Shown here: in pieces, positions 18,957 through 26,292 of the stretch
Numbering within the stretch: position 1 is the stretch's first letter
Layout: every line of letters begins with the position of its first letter
Assembly: GCA_037142615.1 (NCBI GenBank)
Contig: JBAXAI010000001.1
Location: 1 to 64,000, forward strand
DNA from: Spirochaetales bacterium
GTDB lineage: Bacteria; Spirochaetota; Spirochaetia; JABEVK01
DNA length: 64,000 nt
Reading direction: 5' to 3'
Notes under the pieces: generated by a model
Told to the model about the DNA's origin: nothing
What the model saw: only the letters and a program-made list of their open reading frames with translations
Databases searched by the model: none
Translations under genes and position numbers: made by a program

Positions 18957-19702
18957 TCGGGAAGCTCCAGCAGATAGATGATCTTCCACCGGGCAAAGTG
19001 TCGCTTGAACTTGGCGACAAGGCCGACCAACTCGAGTTCGATCAGTTCAGGGTCGAGGAACGAAGCCAGCTCCAGAACATCGTACAGTTGGTACGCGCCA
19101 AGGGCTCCGAGCAAACGGGACCGTGTCCGCTCACCGACGGCAAAAAAGAGTTGCGCCAACTCCTTGTTGGTGAACGTCGCGAGGAGGTAGGGCAGGTCCT
19201 TGTCGCGAATCTCGTCGATCGGTTCGAAGTCGCTTGACCCCTCCCCAGGGAACTTGACCTCGGGCGGAGGCGGCACCGCCTCCCAGTCTGAAACGCCCTG
19301 GATGAGCCGACGAAACGACTGTCGTACGAGCCAGCCACTCTCGTCACAGGCGATCGCCTTCGCCGCTCGCCAGATCAGCAGCACCTTGAGAAGGCGAAGT
19401 CCCTGAAGGCGCTTTCCCTCGATCTCCAGGAGGAATGTCCGTCGGTTGGCATGACTTCCCGTGTTCCTGTTCAGGTCCGGCCCCCCCGCCAAAAGCAGGC
19501 GGACCACAGCGTCCTCATCCTTGGCGACGAGGTCTCGCCAAAGGTGCCCAGGCAGGGCCCGGGACTGGTTGACGTAGTGCGTCAGTCGCTCTGCCAGAGG
19601 TGTCAGCTTTCGTCGTCTGCGCCAAGGAAGCTGCAACTCCCTCAGGTGGCCGTAGAAATGCTGGGCGAAGTCGCGTTGCTCGAACTGTTCGAAGGTTTCC
19701 AT
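18953..19702 (-). CDS. Hypothetical protein; putative soluble MotA-cytoplasmic/FliG-C-like fold (paralog 1)
   Basis: C-terminal DFEPIDEIRDKDLPYLLATFTNKELAQLFFAVGERTRSRLLGAL resembles the FliG C-terminal armadillo motif. Start 19702 or 19747. Confidence 0.55.
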   Translation of the reverse strand: METFEQFEQRDFAQHFYGHLRELQLPWRRRRKLTPLAERLTHYVNQSRALPGHLWRDLVAKDEDAVVRLLLAGGPDLNRNTGSHANRRTFLLEIEGKRLQGLRLLKVLLIWRAAKAIACDESGWLVRQSFRRLIQGVSDWEAVPPPPEVKFPGEGSSDFEPIDEIRDKDLPYLLATFTNKELAQLFFAVGERTRSRLLGALGAYQLYDVLELASFLDPELIELELVGLVAKFKRHFARWKIIYLLELPE

Positions 19703-19902
19703 GACACAAGTACGTCGATGGTCTCGTTTTTCGCTCAAAAGGTTCAAGGCAATTCAAGCCCAACTTCTCTGTTTTTTCTTTTTACAAGTGGGAAAGAGGC
19801 CGTTATATCACTTCTTCTGGCCAGCAAAGATTGGCAAAGCCAAGATCGACAGTTCGCTCTTTGAAATCCCTATTTATCGCGTTTCAGATCAAGGAGGTAG
19901 GT

Positions 19903-20280
19903 ATGAAGTGTTCCCCAGAAGTGTTTGCCCACGCGTGTGTGGGTTATTTTTCCGACCCAAGTACGAAGTCGCGCGAAGCGTTCTTCCGTTGCGCTCTGGC
20001 TTTTTCGCGCGAGCAGGCCAGAAAACACGTCTACTTTTCCGCCCATGGTTTTTCCGACCGTGAGGTCCTCATCGAAGAGGTGGTTTCCGAGGTCATGGAA
20101 TTGTTGGTCCTCGAAATCGCCAAACCTTACTTTCACGCCCAGGTGTGGATCGACAACCCGATCGGTTGCCTGAAGACCTTTGTTTACCACCGCGCGATTT
20201 CGTTCTTTCGACGCGAAGGACTCTACCAGTTTCGAAACCTGAACTCTTGGTCCTTCGATGGGCCCAAAAGTGTGGCTTGA
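19903..20280 (+). CDS. Sigma70 region-2-like protein (candidate N-terminal half of a split sigma factor)
   Basis: SD AAGGAGGT. IEEVVSEVMELL...CLKTFVYHRAISFFRR resembles ECF region 2 (EDxxQExF...WLxxIAxNxxIDxxR). Confidence 0.55.
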   Translation: MKCSPEVFAHACVGYFSDPSTKSREAFFRCALAFSREQARKHVYFSAHGFSDREVLIEEVVSEVMELLVLEIAKPYFHAQVWIDNPIGCLKTFVYHRAISFFRREGLYQFRNLNSWSFDGPKSVA

Positions 20281-20305
20281 TCTCGTACAATAGAAGGGAG
20301 GTGAA

Positions 20306-20560
20306 ATGTCGCTCTACTCAATGGATCATTCAGAACCGAGCGCGGAAGAGTGCTACTTCCGCGAGGATGAACTCCGGCAGCTGCGGCAGTTTGTGGCGAC
20401 GCTCGAGCCGAGGCTTCGAAAAGTCTTTCAACTGCACTTTGCCGAGGGCCTGCCGAGCCGTGAGGTGTCGTTGCGGTTGGGGTGTTCGGTGAGTGAAGTG
20501 TACCGGGCGTCCCGCAGGATTAAGGGTCTGCTGGGCGGGTTTTTGAGAAACAGGAACTGA
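20306..20560 (+). CDS. Stand-alone sigma70 region-4 HTH protein
   Basis: LRQFVATLEPRLRKVFQLHFAEGLPSREVSLRLGCSVSEVYRASRRIKGLL; own SD AAGGGAGGTG. Confidence 0.8.
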   Translation: MSLYSMDHSEPSAEECYFREDELRQLRQFVATLEPRLRKVFQLHFAEGLPSREVSLRLGCSVSEVYRASRRIKGLLGGFLRNRN

Positions 20561-20578
20561 TTTTCAAGGAGGGTCGAT

Positions 20579-20971
20579 ATGAAGGAAGCACCAGAATCGT
20601 GGCACACCGCCGACAAGAGACGATGGAAAAGTATCTGGGAGAAATATGTTCACGAAGACTTGGAAGGGTATGAAGATCTCCGGTATTGCGCCATTAGGTC
20701 AATTTCCCAGTCAAGCTACCGCCCGCACTACATTCATGTTTGGGGCATCAAGGCCGGACATGTGCGTATGGTCACCTACGCTTCGTACGGGGAGACCGGC
20801 AATGGCAAGATTGAAAACCTGACTTTCGATGGCACGTACCACACCACCAGAGAGGAACTTAGCAGCAGCTACACTTGGCTTCGTGCGATTCCTGCTGACC
20901 TATCATGGTATTACGATGGAAAAGATGAACCTATTGGTCGCAAGGGGAGACATCGGGGAATCAAGGTATGA
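20579..20971 (+). CDS. Hypothetical protein
   Basis: Strong SD AAGGAGG; aromatic-rich 130 aa ORF; no motif recognised. Confidence 0.65.
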   Translation: MKEAPESWHTADKRRWKSIWEKYVHEDLEGYEDLRYCAIRSISQSSYRPHYIHVWGIKAGHVRMVTYASYGETGNGKIENLTFDGTYHTTREELSSSYTWLRAIPADLSWYYDGKDEPIGRKGRHRGIKV

Positions 20972-21020
20972 AACCCAGTCGCGCCGACAGGCGCGATCGG
21001 GGTCATCGAGGACCGAAGTG

Positions 21021-22259
21021 ATGTCCGAGATCGTCGATCATGTTTTCGCCGTAAAGGACAGCACCGTCCTCAACGGCCTCGAAGCCAAGTGGGGCGAACT
21101 TTTCCCTCAAGCCTCGGGATTTCCACTCTACGTTGCCGGTGCGAGTTGGCCAACAGCCGAGCACCTGTACCAAGCTTGCAGATTTCCCGAAAATCCCGAG
21201 CTGCAGGACGAGGTTCGAGGCGCCCTGGACCTTTTGGAACTGAATCGGATCGTAGAACGAAACTCTGCCATGGCCCGGCCGGACTGGGAATTAGTCAAAG
21301 TCGACTTCAAACGGTGGGCAATCCACATGAAGTACGCCCAACACGTTCGCAATATGCACTTCCTCCTGGCTCTGACCGGCGAGTCCCCCATCGTCGCGTG
21401 CAAACCCGAAGATGGCTATTGGGGTACCTCTGCGACTTCGACGCAGACTCTCGTTGGGCGAAATGTGCTTGGTGGATTGCTGGCAGAACTTCGCGCGCTG
21501 GTCCGAATGCTTCCAACCGCCATGCGCTTTCTTGCAATTCCACCTGAGGTGGAAGGCGCGAAACTCCTGGGTGAGCCGATCGGTCCCCTGTCTGCCAGGG
21601 AGCTTCCGGGGTTCACGGCGTTTCGACCTCACCAGAAGGCTCGGCGACTCGAGGTCGACGTCCAGAAACTTCGCGACATCAAGGGACCCAACTTGCTCGA
21701 GCGCTACAAGGACAAGCTACCCATCGCACTGATGATTAAGAACCCCGTCTTTCGCGAGGGTGACCGGTCAAACTCGGCACCGTATCTCCTTGCCGGCAAG
21801 GTCGTCGGCACAGGCGATTTTCCCAGCGACTTGAATGTTCCGACGCCGCGACGGCGCCGATCTGCGTCCTGGGACTGGGAAGAGGAGGATGATGATGGCG
21901 TTGAACTCAACCTCAACCGGTACGACCTTAGTGCTTCCGACGAGAACTGCGCGGCCTTTGGGGTCGACTACTGCATCGTTTGGCTGCATCCTGACGACAT
22001 CGAAGCGACGGAGATTTTCTTCGTTGATACCTGGCTGGCGGGTGGTGATGACCTGAAATCCCTGTTCCAGGAGTTCACGCATTTGAGCCGACTGGTCGTG
22101 GGTATGAAACTCGACGAGAAATATGACGAGCCCGAGGGCTGGGATCCGACGATGTGGAGCCGCATCTGCGACAAGCTCCGCGCGCTTCCCGAAGGCGGGC
22201 CAACGAAGAGGCAGTGGGATGAGTGGGAACAATGGGATACCGAAGATGCCTTCCAATAA
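21021..22259 (+). CDS. Divergent NADAR-domain protein fused to an unknown acidic C-terminal domain
   Basis: PTAEHLYQACRFP, RPDWELVK, DGYWG, GRNVLGGLLAELR. Start moved to ATG 21021. Confidence 0.75.
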   Translation: MSEIVDHVFAVKDSTVLNGLEAKWGELFPQASGFPLYVAGASWPTAEHLYQACRFPENPELQDEVRGALDLLELNRIVERNSAMARPDWELVKVDFKRWAIHMKYAQHVRNMHFLLALTGESPIVACKPEDGYWGTSATSTQTLVGRNVLGGLLAELRALVRMLPTAMRFLAIPPEVEGAKLLGEPIGPLSARELPGFTAFRPHQKARRLEVDVQKLRDIKGPNLLERYKDKLPIALMIKNPVFREGDRSNSAPYLLAGKVVGTGDFPSDLNVPTPRRRRSASWDWEEEDDDGVELNLNRYDLSASDENCAAFGVDYCIVWLHPDDIEATEIFFVDTWLAGGDDLKSLFQEFTHLSRLVVGMKLDEKYDEPEGWDPTMWSRICDKLRALPEGGPTKRQWDEWEQWDTEDAFQ

Positions 22260-24219
22260 TTCTGCCGACTCGCACGGCGGCGCACGTCTTCTCACCAAAT
22301 CGCTGTTTTCGCTCGGTCTGGAATGTCCCACGAAGGTCTACTACTCGCTGAACTCCGAGTACAAGAACCAGAACTCCGAGGACGAGTTCCTCAAGGCGCT
22401 GGCCGACGGTGGCTTTCAGGTGGGCGCTCTGGCGCGCTGCCTTTTCCCCGGAGGAGTCACGGTTGAGACCCTCGATCGGAGCCAGGCGATTGTGGAGACG
22501 ACGGTCTTGCTGGCCCACGAGGGAGCTGTCGTCTTTGAAGCGGCAATTGCCCACCAGTCCCTGCTGATTCGGGCCGACGTGCTGGTGAAGAAGGGCAACA
22601 CACTCAACCTCTACGAAGTGAAAGCCAAGTCGTGGCACCCTGAGAATTCCCTGTTCAAGAAGCGGGGCAAGCGGGCGCTTTCGTCACAATGGACGCCTTA
22701 CCTTTGTGACGTCGCCTTTCAGGCCTATGTGCTTCGCAGGGCCTTTCCCGACTTAGAGGTTTGGTCGCACTTGCTTCTGGTCGATCAGACCAAGTGGACT
22801 TCCGTCGACGGTTTGAACCAGAAGTTCAAGATTCAGCCAGCTGGTGACCAACGTGGACCGAGAGTCCAGGTTGCCGGCGACGTCACCCCCGGGGCCCTCG
22901 GAACCCCGATTCTGATCGATGTCCCCGTAGACGAAGTGGTCCAAGGTATCCTCGACGGGACCCTCTTTGAGAAACAGGGCCGAGACTTCTCCGGCTGGGT
23001 CAACGCCTTGGCGCAAGCAGTCGACCTTCGGCAGAGATGGCCTGCGACTCTCGGCAAAGTTTGTCGAAACTGTGAGTTCCGAACCAAGGCTGGTGACAGC
23101 GAAACCGGGTTCAAGAGTGGCTTTGAACAGTGCTGGTCAAACGAAGGGGGTCTCTCGAAGGAACAGTTGGCGAAGCCCACGGTACTCGAACTCTGGCGCA
23201 ATCGCGACGCGGCCGAACAAATCCACGAAGGCCGCTACCTACTAGAAGACCTGACCGAAGATGACTTTCCAGACAAGGACTCCAGGCAGTACCTGCAATA
23301 TAGGAAGGTCGTCACCGGCGACAAGCGTCCGTTTGTCGACAAGGAAGGCCTCCGTACCGCTATGGCCCGAGTGAGGTTCCCGCTCCATTTCATTGACTTT
23401 GAGACGTCCATGTTGGCACTCCCGTTCCATCGGGGACGTCATCCCTACGAGCAGTATGCGTTCCAGTTCAGCCACCACCAAATGGCGGCCGATGGGACCT
23501 ACCACCACAAGGACCAGTTCCTAGGCACGACTCCCGGCATGTTCCCCAACTTCGAGTTTGTCCGCGCGCTCAGGTCGGCACTTTCCCACGATCTGGGAAC
23601 CGTTTTTCGCTACGCCAATCACGAGAACACCGTTCTGAACCAGATTGCCGCCCAACTGGAAACCTCGACCGAACCCGACAAGCGGGAGCTCATCGACTTC
23701 TGCGAGACTCTGACTCACGACGGCAAGACAGGCCGCGTTGGAGTCCGCGACATGGTGGACCTCCTCGACTGGGTCAAGAAGTACTACTATCATCCCAGCA
23801 TGGGGGGCTCGAACTCGATCAAGGCCGTGTTCCCGGCCATCCTCAACAGCAGTTCTTGGCTCCAGGCCAAGTACTCCGAACCCATCTACGGAGACACGAT
23901 CACCTCGTTGAACTTCGGCCCGACGGTGATGGTCCAAACGGACTCCGCGACCGGCGAGGTTGTCTCACCCTACAAGAACCTCCCTCCCGTGATGAAGGGC
24001 GTGAACGGCGATCGGGCGGGGATGTACTACGGGGACGCGGAGACCATCCAGGCGGGTGGTGCTGCGGCAACGGCGTTCGCGAGGCTTCAGCTTTCCGATG
24101 TCCCTGTGGACGAGCGCGTGCAGATTGAGAAGGCGCTGTTGCGGTATTGCGAGATCGATACCCTGGCCATGGTGATGATTTGGGAGGGGTGGCGGGAGAT
24201 GGTCGCGGCCCCTAGTTGA
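22246..24219 (+). CDS. DUF2779-type protein: Cas4/RecB-like PD-(D/E)XK nuclease plus RNase H-like (DEDD) exonuclease domain
   Basis: LTKS...LECPTK; IRADVL...YEVKAK; CRNCEF...CW; FIDFET, PYEQYAFQFSHH, MVDL, GSNSIKAVFP, RYCEIDTLAM. Confidence 0.82.
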   Translation: MPSNNSADSHGGARLLTKSLFSLGLECPTKVYYSLNSEYKNQNSEDEFLKALADGGFQVGALARCLFPGGVTVETLDRSQAIVETTVLLAHEGAVVFEAAIAHQSLLIRADVLVKKGNTLNLYEVKAKSWHPENSLFKKRGKRALSSQWTPYLCDVAFQAYVLRRAFPDLEVWSHLLLVDQTKWTSVDGLNQKFKIQPAGDQRGPRVQVAGDVTPGALGTPILIDVPVDEVVQGILDGTLFEKQGRDFSGWVNALAQAVDLRQRWPATLGKVCRNCEFRTKAGDSETGFKSGFEQCWSNEGGLSKEQLAKPTVLELWRNRDAAEQIHEGRYLLEDLTEDDFPDKDSRQYLQYRKVVTGDKRPFVDKEGLRTAMARVRFPLHFIDFETSMLALPFHRGRHPYEQYAFQFSHHQMAADGTYHHKDQFLGTTPGMFPNFEFVRALRSALSHDLGTVFRYANHENTVLNQIAAQLETSTEPDKRELIDFCETLTHDGKTGRVGVRDMVDLLDWVKKYYYHPSMGGSNSIKAVFPAILNSSSWLQAKYSEPIYGDTITSLNFGPTVMVQTDSATGEVVSPYKNLPPVMKGVNGDRAGMYYGDAETIQAGGAAATAFARLQLSDVPVDERVQIEKALLRYCEIDTLAMVMIWEGWREMVAAPS

Positions 24220-24225
24220 GTCCTC

Positions 24226-24600
24226 CTAGTCGTAACTGAGGAGAATGGGATGCGCGTTGCCTCTCTCCCGAAACCCAGGTGGTAGACGCTTGCCGAGATA
24301 GAGACTGACTATCTTGTGATCCTCAACAAGCCGACCGTAGAATCCGTACCGCCCATCGAGATGGTCATTCTTTAGGGGAAAATTGGCCTTATTCGACTCA
24401 ACCCACTCTTCTACTTCAATGACGCCAACGACCTTACCTCTGAACATTGCGAGAACATAGTCGGCAACCTTTACTCTTTCCAATCGTTCCGTCCCGAGTT
24501 CCCACTGATACTGCGCTGCCGCCAGTGGTCCCAGGTTGACGTAAGTCTTGTTCACGCAGATCAACACGACCTTGTCCTTAAACTCAATGTACTCGTCCAT
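24226..24600 (-). CDS. Hypothetical protein resembling the C-terminal domain of bacterial LEM-3-like GIY-YIG proteins
   Basis: ADYVLAMFRGKVVGV...W...RYGFYG...YLGKRLP...G.AHPI pattern; visibly more AT-rich than its flanks. Confidence 0.55.
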   Translation of the reverse strand: MDEYIEFKDKVVLICVNKTYVNLGPLAAAQYQWELGTERLERVKVADYVLAMFRGKVVGVIEVEEWVESNKANFPLKNDHLDGRYGFYGRLVEDHKIVSLYLGKRLPPGFRERGNAHPILLSYD

Positions 24601-24687
24601 ACTCTCCCCCTTGTCGCTTCAAAATGGTAGTCCCATTTCCGGAACCGATCAACAGCCGTCTACAGCCGGACTCGGATGAGGTCCGAG

Positions 24688-25263
24688 TCATTTCCCCTCT
24701 ACCCCCACCACCTGCCTCAACAACAAGAAGTTCGGCAGCTCAGGTGGCGTCACAGTCGTAAGAGCCTCAAACCCACCAACCAGAAACCCCGTGCGGAGCT
24801 CCATCAACAACTGACCAAGAACATTCTGACCAACCAGCTGACCTTCTGGGGTTTCCTTGGCGCCCCAGAACTTGTCCTTGTGCGACTTCTCGACGATGAG
24901 CTTTGGGTCTGTCGCCTTCAGAACCGACCCGAATGTTCGACCATGCTGCGACAATTTGAGCCGCAAGACCCATCGCATAATTTCGACCCGTGCGGAATCC
25001 CAGTCGGGTCGCGACTCCGCCCGGTGCGGCTTGCCCTTCATCTTGGCCGACATCGGACTGGCCTGGTCCCGGATAAGTCGCTGAACGTCGGGAAGTGTCG
25101 GAAAGCGACAGGCCTGGTAGAGCGCCTCGGTCGTGGGCCATGTGTAGTCACCGACCTTGATAGGAAAGCCGCCGGCCATATTGGAAAGCTCACCCCACTG
25201 TTCGTGGGTCTTGTGGACGACAACGCAGTTCCTGGGGTCGAAAGTCTGTTCGTGTTCAATCAT
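24688..25263 (-). CDS. NADAR family protein (YbiA-like N-glycosidase / ADP-ribosylhydrolase)
   Basis: GELSNMAGGFP, TTEALYQACRF, SPMSAK, RPDW, IVEKSHKDKFWG, GQNVLGQLLMELR. Confidence 0.9.
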   Translation of the reverse strand: MIEHEQTFDPRNCVVVHKTHEQWGELSNMAGGFPIKVGDYTWPTTEALYQACRFPTLPDVQRLIRDQASPMSAKMKGKPHRAESRPDWDSARVEIMRWVLRLKLSQHGRTFGSVLKATDPKLIVEKSHKDKFWGAKETPEGQLVGQNVLGQLLMELRTGFLVGGFEALTTVTPPELPNFLLLRQVVGVEGK

Positions 25264-25330
25264 GGATGGGTCACCTCACACCATAGTACGCGGGTTGGCC
25301 CGTTTTTGGTTTGAGTTGCAGCGATAGTCG

Positions 25331-25626
25331 TCACCTGCGAAGCGCTTCGTGCTCCCAGTTTCCACCGGGCCAACCGATCTGAGTCCCGACGACTTGCACG
25401 AGGTACGTGCCGAAGTCGTAGAGAAACGGCACCGACACGCGGACCGGCTTGGATTCGTCGACGACGTAGACTGGGGCTGCAAAGAAAGCCAGGTGCTCCT
25501 TCCGTGTCGTTGTCTCGAGACCCGTCGTCTCTTCGTAGCCACGTTTCCGATCTTGGCGGGGAAGTCGCACAGGCTGGGATAGTCTTCCACGGGGCCGAAA
25601 CTATCAAACAAGAACTTTGGATCCAT
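25331..25626 (-). pseudogene. Possible frameshifted hypothetical gene
   Basis: Protein-like sequence starts in one frame (MDPKFLFDSFGPVEDYP) and continues in another (KEHLAFFAAPVYVVDESKPVRVSVPFLYDFG). Confidence 0.3.
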
Positions 25627-25724
25627 CTTGCACTCAAGTACGCTCCCGGTCCGCCATTTTTGTTGAAGAAATAATGCGCCCGGTGGCGTACCTTTCATGA
25701 CTGCGAACAACCCAGGAGGAACTC

Positions 25725-26096
25725 ATGAGCTATGACCAAGCTACTTTTTGCTCGATGACAGGCACGCCCGAGACCGTGAAGGAGGTTAAAACGTTTCTCA
25801 ACGACCAAACAATTCCTGACCGTTTGGCCGAACTGTTGCCAACCGACTACTTCGATACCGAGGAGTTTGGCTTGGCCTCCCGGTTGGTGCTCAAGGGAGA
25901 TCTCGGCATGGGCAATTTCGACTGCGAGGATGCCCTGTTGGAACTCAGCGCCTGGTTCCCCTTGCTGACCTTCGTTTTGACCGTCGACCTGTTCGAGGAT
26001 GGTCGGGACGTGACCACGATCCGCGCCGGTGAAGTGGTCGACTCCGATCACGAGGATCCCGAGGAAGAGGAAGAAGAGGAAGAGGAAGAAGATTGA
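25725..26096 (+). CDS. Very acidic hypothetical protein with poly-Glu tail
   Basis: SD AGGAGG; ends DPEEEEEEEEEED. Confidence 0.65.
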   Translation: MSYDQATFCSMTGTPETVKEVKTFLNDQTIPDRLAELLPTDYFDTEEFGLASRLVLKGDLGMGNFDCEDALLELSAWFPLLTFVLTVDLFEDGRDVTTIRAGEVVDSDHEDPEEEEEEEEEED

Positions 26097-26278
26097 GTTC
26101 TGTTGCCGGAGCGCAACACTTCGATATCACCGTCCTCGGTGCCACCCACATTGAGGTTTCCGGCGATCCGGTAGCCGAAAGTGAAGACGACGCGTCGCGG
26201 ATCCTTCCGGGGAAGGCAGCCATAGAGCGGAATGCCTTCTTCGACGATGGCACCAACCTCGTGTACAGGGCCTTTTGA
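26093..26278 (+). CDS. Small hypothetical protein
   Basis: TTGA overlap with the upstream gene; 61 aa. Confidence 0.3.
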   Translation: MSSVAGAQHFDITVLGATHIEVSGDPVAESEDDASRILPGKAAIERNAFFDDGTNLVYRAF

Positions 26279-26292
26279 ACCCGGCGTGACAA

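Noticed and set aside
18183-19702. Zorya system (MotA-like ZorA)
   Set aside because: No transmembrane helices, no MotB/OmpA-like partner and no ZorC/D/E genes.
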